Part shown: positions 19,319 to 28,368 of the stretch, one piece after another
Position numbering within the stretch: the first letter of the stretch is position 1
Layout: the number at the start of each line of letters is the position of its first letter
Source of the DNA: an uncultured Clostridia bacterium
GTDB taxonomy: Bacteria; Bacillota; Clostridia; TANB77; CAG-508
Length of the DNA: 64,000 bases
Direction: 5' to 3'
Assembly: GCA_944388805.1 (NCBI GenBank)
Contig: CALXKE010000003.1
Span: forward strand, 7,885-71,884
Position numbers and translations under genes: made by a program
Notes under the pieces: generated by a model
Told to the model about the DNA's origin: nothing
The model's input: only the letters and a program-made list of their open reading frames with translations
Database searches by the model: none

Positions 19319-21177
19319 TAATTGCCGATTGCATGAAATGGGCAACTTGTAATACATGTACCACATTTGATACATTTTTCTTGATTAATAACTCTTTTAT
19401 CTCTTCCTGAACCATCGATTGCATTGACTGGACAGTGTTTTTGACATAAGCCACAACCTTTACATTTTTCTTCATTGACTGTGATTTTTGCCATTGCTTT
19501 ACATTCTAATGTTCTACATTCTTTTTGAATCGCATGTTGTCTAAATTCTTCTCTAAAGTATTTTAATGTACTAATAACTGGATTTGGCGCACTTTGCCCA
19601 AGTCCACATATACTTGATTTTTGTATATTTGCTGCTAATTTTTCTAGTTTATATATGTCAAGTTCTTCTCCTTCTCCATTGCATAATCTTTCTAATATCT
19701 CTAACATTCTTTTTGTACCAATTCTACATGGTGTACATTTACCACAACTTTCACTAACTGTAAATTCAAGGTAAAATTTTGCTAAACAAACCATACATTT
19801 TGTATCGTCCATAACAATTAATCCCCCAGATCCCATCATAGAACCAATTTCTTTTAAAGATTCATAATCGATTGGGGTATCTAAGTGTTCTTTTGGAATA
19901 CAACCTCCTGAAGGTCCTCCTGTTTGTGCAGCTTTAAATTCTCTACCATTTGGAATTCCGCCACCAATATCATAAATAATTTCTCTTAAAGTCGTTCCCA
20001 TAGGTACTTCTACTAATCCAATGTTATTGACATTTCCACCTAAAGCAAATACTTTTGTTCCTTTTGAGGTTTCTGTTCCAATAGAAGAATACCATTTTGC
20101 TCCTTTTAATATGATTTGTGCAATATTTGCATAAGTTTCTACATTGTTAATTAAAGTTGGTTTTCCCCATAATCCTGATTGTGCTGGATATGGTGGTTTT
20201 ACTCTTGGTTGCCCTCTTTTTCCCTCAATAGATTCTAATAATGCTGTTTCTTCACCACAAACAAAAGCACCTGCTCCTAATCGAATTTCAATATCAAAAC
20301 TAAAGTCTGTTCCAAAAATGTTTTCTCCTAATAATCCATAATCTCTTGCTTGGTCAATGGCAATCTTTAATCTTTGAACTGCAATTGGATATTCTGCTCT
20401 AACATAAATATATCCTTTATTAGCTCCAATGCTATATCCTGCAATTTCCATAGCTTCTAATACAGAATGTGGATCACCTTCTAGAATACTTCTATCCATA
20501 AATGCACCTGGGTCACCTTCATCTGCATTACAAACAACATATTTTTGGTTTCCTTCTGATGCCTTTGTAAGTTCCCATTTCTTACCTGTAGGGAAACCAG
20601 CGCCTCCTCTACCTCTTAAGCCTGATTCTTTTATGACATCAATAACCTCATCTGGTGTCATTTCTTTTAATACTTTTTCCAATGCTTTATATCCATCAAA
20701 TGCTATGTATTCATCAATTTCCTCAGGATTTACAACACCACAATTTTTAAGAGCAATTCTCTTTTGCTTTTTATAAAAGTTTAATTCATCTAAACTATTA
20801 ACAACCGTTCCATCAATATCTTTGCAAAGTAGTCTTTCTACTCTTTCACCTTTTACAATATGTGTATCAATAATTTCTTCACAATCATCTGGTGTTACCA
20901 TTGCATAGAAAGTATCTTCAGGTCTAATGATAACGATAGGTCCTTTAGCGCAAAGACCAAAACAACCTGTTTTAATAACTCTTACATTATCTATATGTTT
21001 TTCTTTCAAAATTCTTCTAAAATTTTCTAGAATCTCAGGTGATTTTGAAGAAGTACAACCTGTACCATGACAAACTAAAATATGTTTTTCTCTGGTATCT
21101 GCTTTAGTATTAACTCTTAAATCTAATTCTTTTCTTTTTTCTTCTCTTATTTTGTGAATTTCTTCTAGACTTTTCAT
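19318..21177 (-). CDS. hydB: NADH-binding hydrogenase subunit (HydB/NuoF-like)
   Basis: GLRGRGGAGFPTG, CNADEGDPGAFMDR, GAGAFVCGEETAL and SCGKCTPCRIG; C-terminal 2x[4Fe-4S]; start ATG 21177 after GGAGG. Confidence 0.95.
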   Translation of the reverse strand: MKSLEEIHKIREEKRKELDLRVNTKADTREKHILVCHGTGCTSSKSPEILENFRRILKEKHIDNVRVIKTGCFGLCAKGPIVIIRPEDTFYAMVTPDDCEEIIDTHIVKGERVERLLCKDIDGTVVNSLDELNFYKKQKRIALKNCGVVNPEEIDEYIAFDGYKALEKVLKEMTPDEVIDVIKESGLRGRGGAGFPTGKKWELTKASEGNQKYVVCNADEGDPGAFMDRSILEGDPHSVLEAMEIAGYSIGANKGYIYVRAEYPIAVQRLKIAIDQARDYGLLGENIFGTDFSFDIEIRLGAGAFVCGEETALLESIEGKRGQPRVKPPYPAQSGLWGKPTLINNVETYANIAQIILKGAKWYSSIGTETSKGTKVFALGGNVNNIGLVEVPMGTTLREIIYDIGGGIPNGREFKAAQTGGPSGGCIPKEHLDTPIDYESLKEIGSMMGSGGLIVMDDTKCMVCLAKFYLEFTVSESCGKCTPCRIGTKRMLEILERLCNGEGEELDIYKLEKLAANIQKSSICGLGQSAPNPVISTLKYFREEFRQHAIQKECRTLECKAMAKITVNEEKCKGCGLCQKHCPVNAIDGSGRDKRVINQEKCIKCGTCITSCPFHAIGN

Positions 21178-21190
21178 ATTTTCCTCCTTT

Positions 21191-21378
21191 GGGGACATGT
21201 CAAATTGGACATTTAACAAGAACAATAGCGGGCTTTTTTAACATTTCTCTGTTTATAACATTTTTTGAAGCCCGTGTCATTGTTCGGCGCCAATTTTACG
21301 TAAGTAAAATTGTGTGCAATGTTTGCAGTTTTAGAAAAATCTTTGATTTTTCTAAAATTGTCCAAAAGGGACAGACCT
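21191..21378 (+). repeat. Structured intergenic repeat, family B copy 1, bracketed by GGGAC motifs
   Basis: AACAATAGCGGGCTTTTTTAACATT...AAGCCC.GTCATTGTTCGGCGCCAATTTTACGT.AGTAAAATTGTGTG is shared with 58725-58826; plus a GAAAAATC..GATTTTTC hairpin. Confidence 0.9.
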
Positions 21379-21428
21379 CTATTTTTCTTTTATCATTTCT
21401 GACAATTTTGCTAGATTTTTAGATACCC

Positions 21429-21944
21429 CTATGAATTTTCATTTACTTTTTCTTTGTTGTTTATAATTTCATCTAAAACTTCATCCAACTTTTTAACAGT
21501 TGCTTTTCCATATACTTCACCATTTACAGTAAATACTGGTGCTAAACCACATGCTCCAACACATCTTGTTTCTTCAATAGAAAACAATCCATCTTTTGTT
21601 GTTTCACCTGATTCAATTTGTAATCTTTCTTTTAATCTATCCATAATTTTTTGAGAACCTTTTACATAACATGCCGTTCCCAAGCATACTGCAACATTAT
21701 ATTTTCCTTTTGGTTTTAGGGTAAATCTCGAATAAAAAGTTATGACTCCATAAATCTCTGCCATTGGAATATTTAAAAATTCCGAAAGTTCTATTTGTGC
21801 ATTTTGTGGAATATATCCATAATGCTCTTGTACCTCATTTAACATTTGAATTAAATTATCTTTAATAGGTAAATACTCATCAAACAATTTTTGCATAAAT
21901 TCGTCCCTTTTAGGACTACCACATTGACATTTGTTTTCGCTCAT
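21429..21944 (-). CDS. hydC: Hydrogenase 2Fe-2S subunit (HydC/NuoE-like)
   Basis: YGVITFYSRF, VCLGTACYVKG and CVGACGLAPV. Confidence 0.95.
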   Translation of the reverse strand: MSENKCQCGSPKRDEFMQKLFDEYLPIKDNLIQMLNEVQEHYGYIPQNAQIELSEFLNIPMAEIYGVITFYSRFTLKPKGKYNVAVCLGTACYVKGSQKIMDRLKERLQIESGETTKDGLFSIEETRCVGACGLAPVFTVNGEVYGKATVKKLDEVLDEIINNKEKVNENS

Positions 21945-22093
21945 TTCAATACCTCCTCGTATATATTATTGCGTAACTACATAGATTATATCAGACTAAC
22001 ATTTTTTATACAAGTTTTTTTTGTTTTTATATTGACATTTTTGTCGAAAAATGTGAAAATTTAATTATGAAAACATGAAAGGGGGATTAATTT

Positions 22094-22669
22094 ATGGGGT
22101 ATTATGATTATTACTCTTCTTATCCAAGTTATTATGATTATTATGATTATGGATATGCAACAGATACAGCTGCTGCTACAGGATTAGGAGCAATTTTAGG
22201 AGCTTTTTTAGGTATTATCCTTGTTATTGGATTAGTTGTTGCTATCATACAATTAGCTGGAATGTGGAAAGTTTTTACAAAGGCTGGTGAAAAAGGATGG
22301 AAATGTATTATACCAATTTATAACTTGGTTATATTATTCAGAATTTCTGGACTTTCACCATGGATTATATTTGGATATTTAGCAAGTATTATTCCATTCG
22401 TTGGATGGATTGTATGTTTAGGTATTACTATCTACCAATGTAATTCTTTAGCAAAAGCTTTTGGAAAAGATGTTGGTTATACAATTGGACTATTATTCTT
22501 ACCAACTATTTTCTATATGATTTTAGGATTTGGTAAAGCAGAGTATGTTGGAAAAGGAAATGTTTCAACTGCAAGTAGTACATATCAAGGTGATGGTGTT
22601 GTCAATATTTCTGAAAAACCACAAGATGAGCCACCAACAAATAATGATGAAGATAATGCGAATTTATAA
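22094..22669 (+). CDS. DUF5684-like membrane protein with Tyr-rich N-terminus
   Basis: WKVFTKAGEKGWKCIIPIYN, LAKAFGK and LGFGKAEYVG. Confidence 0.75.
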   Translation: MGYYDYYSSYPSYYDYYDYGYATDTAAATGLGAILGAFLGIILVIGLVVAIIQLAGMWKVFTKAGEKGWKCIIPIYNLVILFRISGLSPWIIFGYLASIIPFVGWIVCLGITIYQCNSLAKAFGKDVGYTIGLLFLPTIFYMILGFGKAEYVGKGNVSTASSTYQGDGVVNISEKPQDEPPTNNDEDNANL

Positions 22670-22725
22670 TGAGAAACATGCATAATTTTATGCATGTTTC
22701 AACAAGTATTAAATCAAATACATTA

Positions 22726-22764
22726 GCCAAAAAAATAGCAAGGAAACTTGCTATTTTTTGGCTT
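22726..22764. terminator. Bidirectional terminator between convergent genes
   Basis: AGCCAAAAAAATAGCAAG-GAAA-CTTGCTATTTTTTGGCT; a second hairpin lies at 22673-22700. Confidence 0.7.
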
Positions 22765-22809
22765 TAGACTCTTTATATCTTAAGATACTTTATAAAATAT
22801 CAAAAGTTT

Positions 22810-24771
22810 TTATTCTGTAATCAACTTTTCTAATTCTTTTATCTTATCACGTAATTCTGCTGCTTTTTCAAATTCCATCTCAGCTGCATATTTTAACATT
22901 TCATCAGTTAATTTTGTGATAGTCTCTTTGATATCCTCTTCTTTTTCTAATTTATATTCTACTCCTATATCATCTGTAATGGTTACTTTAATAGAATCAC
23001 GTACAGATTTTCTAATGGTTTTTGGTGTTATATGATGTTCTTTGTTATATGCTTCTTGAATTCTTCTTCTTCTGTTTGTTTCTGAAATGGCTTTTTCCAT
23101 GCTTTCTGTTAATTCATCTGCATACATAATAACGGTACCATCTGTATTTCTTGCTGCCCTTCCGATGGTTTGTATTAAAGACCTCTCTGAACGTAAGAAG
23201 CCTTCTTTATCTGCATCTAATATTGCAACTAAAGATACTTCTGGAATATCTAATCCTTCCCTTAATAAGTTAATACCAACTAAAACATCAAATTCACCCA
23301 ATCTTAAATTTCGAATAATTTCCATTCTTTCTAGTGTTTTTGTATCAGAATGCATATAGGTAACTTTAATATCTAATCCTTTTAAATAATCTGTTAAATC
23401 TTCTGCCATTTTTTTCGTTAAAGTCGTTACTAAAACTCTTTCATTTTTTTCTATTCTGATACGAATTTGTTCTAATAAATCATCTATTTGATTGGTTACT
23501 GGTTTTACTTCTATTTTAGGATCTAATAATCCAGTTGGCCTGATAATTTGTTCAACAACATTTTCTTTACTATGTTCTTTTTCATAATCACCTGGCGTAG
23601 CACTAACAAACACTACTTGATTTAATTTTTTCTCAAATTCTTCAAATGTTAAAGGTCTATTATCAAATGCAGAAGGTAATCTAAATCCATAGTTTACTAA
23701 AGATTCTTTTCTTGAATGATCTCCATTATACATAGCTCTTACTTGTGGAATAGTTGCATGAGATTCATCTATTAATAACAAGAAATCTTTAGGAAAATAA
23801 TCAAATAAGGTATATGGTGGGCTTCCTGGTTTTCTTCCACTAATATGTCTAGAATAGTTTTCAATCCCTGAGCAAAATCCTGTTTCTTTCATCATTTCAA
23901 TATCAAAATTTGTTCTCTCTTCTATTCTTTGTGCCTCAATCAATTTGTTATGATCTTTGAAATATTTAATTCTTTCTTCTAATTCCTCTTCTATGGTAAC
24001 AATTGCTCTTTCCATTTTACTTTTGGTTGTTACATAGTGAGATGCTGGAGAAATTAAAACATGTCTTCTCGTTCCAATCGTTTTTCCTGTTAATGGATTA
24101 ATTTCTACTAATTTTTCAATTTCATCTCCCCAAAATTCTACTCTAATAGCAGATTCCGATTGGTCAGATGGATAAATCTCAACAATATCTCCTTTAGCTC
24201 TAAAAGTTCCTCTTTGAAAATCAATTTCATTTCTAGTATATTGCATGGTAATTAATTTTCTTAAAACTTCATCTCTTCCCTTTTGCATACCTGGTCTTAA
24301 AGATAACATCATTTCTTGATAATCTTCTGGATCTCCTAAGCCATAAATACAAGAAACAGAAGCCACAATAATGACATCTCTGGTTTCAAATAAAGATAAT
24401 GTGGCTGAATGTCTAAGTTTATCAATTTCATCATTGACAGAAGAATCTTTTTCTATATAGGTATCTGATTGAGGAATATAGCTTTCTGGTTGATAATAAT
24501 CATAATAAGATACAAAATATTCCACATTGTTTTCTGGAAAAAACTCTTTAAATTCGGAATAAAGTTGTCCTGCTAACGTTTTATTGTGCGCCAAAACAAG
24601 TGTCGGCTTTTGTACTTTTTGAATGATATTTGCCATAGTAAATGTTTTTCCAGAACCTGTAACCCCTAGTAATGTTTGAAACTTCTTTCCCTCTTCTATT
24701 CCTTTTGATAAATATTCAATTGCTTTTGGTTGATCTCCTGTTGGTTTATATTCTGAATGTAATTTGAACAT
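22810..24771 (-). CDS. uvrB: Excinuclease ABC subunit B
   Basis: [36 protein letters not shown] and [10 protein letters not shown]; start ATG 24771 after GGAGG. Confidence 0.99.
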   Translation of the reverse strand: MFKLHSEYKPTGDQPKAIEYLSKGIEEGKKFQTLLGVTGSGKTFTMANIIQKVQKPTLVLAHNKTLAGQLYSEFKEFFPENNVEYFVSYYDYYQPESYIPQSDTYIEKDSSVNDEIDKLRHSATLSLFETRDVIIVASVSCIYGLGDPEDYQEMMLSLRPGMQKGRDEVLRKLITMQYTRNEIDFQRGTFRAKGDIVEIYPSDQSESAIRVEFWGDEIEKLVEINPLTGKTIGTRRHVLISPASHYVTTKSKMERAIVTIEEELEERIKYFKDHNKLIEAQRIEERTNFDIEMMKETGFCSGIENYSRHISGRKPGSPPYTLFDYFPKDFLLLIDESHATIPQVRAMYNGDHSRKESLVNYGFRLPSAFDNRPLTFEEFEKKLNQVVFVSATPGDYEKEHSKENVVEQIIRPTGLLDPKIEVKPVTNQIDDLLEQIRIRIEKNERVLVTTLTKKMAEDLTDYLKGLDIKVTYMHSDTKTLERMEIIRNLRLGEFDVLVGINLLREGLDIPEVSLVAILDADKEGFLRSERSLIQTIGRAARNTDGTVIMYADELTESMEKAISETNRRRRIQEAYNKEHHITPKTIRKSVRDSIKVTITDDIGVEYKLEKEEDIKETITKLTDEMLKYAAEMEFEKAAELRDKIKELEKLITE

Positions 24772-24986
24772 ATATCCTCCTCCTTCTAGCTTCTTCCACA
24801 TCATTTTAATACATTATTTAAAAAACACTTTATTTTTTAATTTTGTTTTATTTCTTTTTACTAATAAGTTTAACATATTATTTATATCATATTTTATGTC
24901 AAAATACAATAAATAAAAAAATCCAAATTATTAATCTCAATAATAATTTGAATTTTCTATTTTTGTTAATATATGATTTTCTCATT

Positions 24987-25676
24987 TTATAAAGAAATTC
25001 CTAAGAAACTAAATGCAAATGCAACAATATAATAGATAACTTCAACTTTTACAAATAATTTTAAAGCTTTTTCATTTTCTTGTTCTTTAAACATTTCTTT
25101 TACAACAAAGAACATTAATACTATTGATATCACACTTAGTAATGAAGATATTGGGTTTGTAATATATCTTACATTAGAGCTAATATATGTTAAATACCCT
25201 AAAATTGTAGAAAATACTAAAGGTATTTTGGCAATAGACACTGTAGTAATTGATTTTGTTAATGGTTGTTTATTGTCCTTATTTAATACATGTATAATAA
25301 TTGCCATTACTAATATTTCTAATACTGGTGATAATATTGCTTTAATTGTTGCTAGTACATTAAATTTATAATAGTCATAGACAATAAAATCTATAATCCT
25401 ATTAATTAGAATAAGTACTGCCCATGCAATAATAATGATTAATGCCGTTTTATAAAATTGATTTTTGTTGTCTTCTACAATTTCCTTAATTGTTTCTACT
25501 GGTTTTCCCAATAATTTACTTAATAACCCTTTTCCTTTTTCAGCCTCTTCTTTGAAGTTTATGTTTTTCATTTGCTCTTTTGTCTCTTTTAGCGTTTCAG
25601 CAGCTTGTTTTTTTAATTCTCCATCATTGTTTACTTGTTTCTCATTTTGTTCATTTACTTTTTCATTTTCATCCAT
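24987..25676 (-). CDS. Hypothetical multi-pass membrane protein (Yip1-like topology)
   Basis: Charged N-terminus followed by about 5 TM helices; SD GGGGAGG. Confidence 0.7.
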   Translation of the reverse strand: MDENEKVNEQNEKQVNNDGELKKQAAETLKETKEQMKNINFKEEAEKGKGLLSKLLGKPVETIKEIVEDNKNQFYKTALIIIIAWAVLILINRIIDFIVYDYYKFNVLATIKAILSPVLEILVMAIIIHVLNKDNKQPLTKSITTVSIAKIPLVFSTILGYLTYISSNVRYITNPISSLLSVISIVLMFFVVKEMFKEQENEKALKLFVKVEVIYYIVAFAFSFLGISL

Positions 25677-25792
25677 TATTTTTTCCTCCCCTTATCATAT
25701 ATATTTTACTACATTTGAATTATATCAAAAAAGATGGATTTTGTGAATATTTTATAAAAATCTTTTATGATAGCTTTTATATATTGCCTAAT

Positions 25793-25979
25793 GGGACAAA
25801 TCTCGCTTCGCGAGAACTTTTCTCTACTTTTCTAATTTAACTACATTTTAACTACATGTATTTAAGTTCTCGAAGAAGCGTAAAGATTTGTCGACGCGAA
25901 AAATTGCGTAGCAATTTTTCTGTGCAACGTTGTTTTTTTATTGAATAGGAAAAATCGATTTTTCCTATTCAATAAAAAA
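25793..25979 (+). repeat. Structured intergenic repeat, family A copy 2
   Basis: Matches 15636-15757; followed by the perfect palindrome TTTTTTATTGAATAGGAAAAATCGATTTTTCCTATTCAATAAAAAA. Confidence 0.9.
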
Positions 25980-26029
25980 GCATGCATGATTTCTATGCAT
26001 ACTTAAACAATTCTTATTTTTCTTTTATT

Positions 26030-26221
26030 TTATCCAATTTTGTACTCTACCTTTTCTACCTTAAACAAATCTGCTCCTGTTAATTCTTGTATATACTCTG
26101 CAATAACCTCTGTATTTCCTTTTTCAATATTTCCAACTGCATAATTCTCATCTGCTCTTGAAAAATAAATCACTAAACTTTTCTTTCCTTTTACAGTTTC
26201 TTTATTTCCAAACAAAGACAT
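26030..26221 (-). pseudogene. Flavodoxin, C-terminally truncated
   Basis: KSLVIYFSRADENYAVG...GNTEVIAEYIQELTGADLFKVE is a flavodoxin N-terminus; only 63 aa. Confidence 0.75.
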
Positions 26222-26289
26222 GTTTTTCCCTCCTTATTTCTTATCTTTAATTCCATTTTTAGAAATGTGTTTCATCTATATACAAAATT

Positions 26290-26890
26290 TTAGTTGTTTT
26301 CTGTTTTTAATGGTCCATAGAAATATGATGCTGTTGCTCCACCATCAATCAAGAAGTCAGCTCCTGTGATAAAAGCTCCTTTGTCTGTCATTAGCAATTC
26401 TGCTACATTTGCCACTTCATCTGCTGTTCCTGGTCTACCTGCTGGACATTTGGCAAACATATTCTTATAAAAGTCTCCACGAATTCCATTAAACTCATCA
26501 ATAGCAAGAGGTGTTACGATAATTCCTGGTGATATAGAGTTTATTCTTGCTCCTCTTTCACCCCATTTTACAGATTCTGCCATAACTCTTTTTTCATTAC
26601 ATCTTTTTGCTAATTGATAAGCATGTAATGTATCTTTTATATTTTCTGGTTGTAATACATCTAACTTTAATAATTCTTCTGTTGGTGTAGTTGCTAATTG
26701 TTCATCAATAAATGCTCCTAATTGCTCCATTCTATGTCCTGATTGAGATGAAATGGTTACACCTGTTCCACCTTTTTTAATTACCCTTCCTACTTCTTCT
26801 AATAATACAGCTGTTCCGTATAAGTCAACATGCAAAATTCTTTCTATTGGTGCTAATGGAAATAAAATATTGCATTTGTTTGAAAATCAT
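26290..26890 (-). pseudogene. SDR oxidoreductase lacking its N-terminal Rossmann fold, joined to a LysR-like 5' stub
   Basis: YQLAKR, RINSISPG and FITGADFLIDGG are present but the TGxxxIG motif is not. An upstream ATG at 26890 reads MIFKQMQYFIS (LysR-like start) in another frame. Confidence 0.7.
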
Positions 26891-26917
26891 ATTCTTTTTC
26901 TCCAATTCTAAAAATTC

Positions 26918-28279
26918 TTACTTTATTCCATAAAAATTAGCTATGCTATTGGTAATCGCTTGTGCATATAGGTTACCATTTTCTAAAATATTATCTAAAT
27001 CTTCATCCACATTGATATATCCAAGTTCTACTAAATAGCCTTCTATACCTACATTTGAATTTCGATATTCATTAACACCATAGGCTTTATTGGTTCCATC
27101 CACATAGGCTCCTGTTGCAATTCCTCCAATCTCTCTTATGATATACAAGTATGGAATAGAATCAAATATTCCTTTATAATTTTCTCTTGAAAAAGAAGCT
27201 TCATTTTTTTGATCTTCAACTTCTATAGTTCTAACATAAACTCCGTCTTCTATTTTATCTGTTTGATTAGTAGAATATTCTGTTTTTGCTGTTTCAACAA
27301 TATCATCTGCCAACTTTTTTGCTAATGTTAAATCACTATTAGGAGAGGCATAAATTTCAACACCACCATCTACATTATCTGAAAGATTACTATTTAAATG
27401 TAAAGATATAAGAATTTTTGCATGAGATTCATTTGCCATGGTTACTCTTCCATCTTTATCATAAATATTGTACATAGTATATTCTTCTTCTGATTCTGTA
27501 CCATCTCTTGTTAGTAACACCTTTAATCCAATATCTTCTAACTGTTTTTTTAATTCAAGAGCACAATCTAAAGCTATTTCTGATTCCATATATCTACCAT
27601 TGACAGCTCCTACATCACTTCCTCCATGTCCTGGATCAATTACTACATCATACACATCATCTGGCAATTCCTTTACAGTTGTTATATGAAATCCTAAAAT
27701 AGGCATATTATCAATTGTAGTAAAATCAATATTTATTCTATTGTTGGAATGGTTTCTTGTTAAGGTATAATATTCTATATTTCCATATTCTGTATCATTC
27801 GTTAAAGAATAGTATTTTGTTTCATTGTTTGAAAATTCAACTTTTAACAAAATATAATAATCCTCAACTTTTAAACTTTCTAAATCTAATCCTGTATTAA
27901 TTTCTTTTAGAGTAGAAAAAGAAATCTGATTATTTTCATATGTATATTCTGTATCTATACCAATTTCTTCCCCTGATGCTGTTTTCGCTACTACTTTTGC
28001 AGACTCTATTGAATTGTTTCCAGAAATGTCCATATCTCCTTCTATATTGAAATGGGTTCCATATACAATATAGCGATTTATGTTTGCATATGTACCAGTT
28101 TCGATTTCATCAACAATTTCATTAATAGAAGAAAAAGCATTAACAGAGGCATTTTCCTTGTTTTTATTTGCACTAGTAAAATAGATAAGTGCTATAATAG
28201 CTATGATAACTATAAACATAATCATTCTTTTTGAAATCAATTCATTTTTCTTATATCTTCTTTTCTTTTTTCTTTTCAT
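26918..28279 (-). CDS. N-acetylmuramoyl-L-alanine amidase (Amidase_3), membrane anchored
   Basis: VVIDPGHGGSDVGA, VLLTRD, ISLHLNS and LVELGYI. Confidence 0.9.
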   Translation of the reverse strand: MKRKKKRRYKKNELISKRMIMFIVIIAIIALIYFTSANKNKENASVNAFSSINEIVDEIETGTYANINRYIVYGTHFNIEGDMDISGNNSIESAKVVAKTASGEEIGIDTEYTYENNQISFSTLKEINTGLDLESLKVEDYYILLKVEFSNNETKYYSLTNDTEYGNIEYYTLTRNHSNNRINIDFTTIDNMPILGFHITTVKELPDDVYDVVIDPGHGGSDVGAVNGRYMESEIALDCALELKKQLEDIGLKVLLTRDGTESEEEYTMYNIYDKDGRVTMANESHAKILISLHLNSNLSDNVDGGVEIYASPNSDLTLAKKLADDIVETAKTEYSTNQTDKIEDGVYVRTIEVEDQKNEASFSRENYKGIFDSIPYLYIIREIGGIATGAYVDGTNKAYGVNEYRNSNVGIEGYLVELGYINVDEDLDNILENGNLYAQAITNSIANFYGIK

Positions 28280-28368
28280 AGGTTTCTCCTTAAATTCTTC
28301 CTGTTTTTTCTTACTAATTATATATCATTTTCCTAATATTGTTTTCATTCGAACTTTTTCTCTTTATT

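Noticed and set aside
19206-19475. 89-aa minus-strand ORF overlapping the hydB 3' end as a frameshift extension
   Set aside because: hydB ends normally with an intact 2x[4Fe-4S] domain, and the alternative frame has no motif
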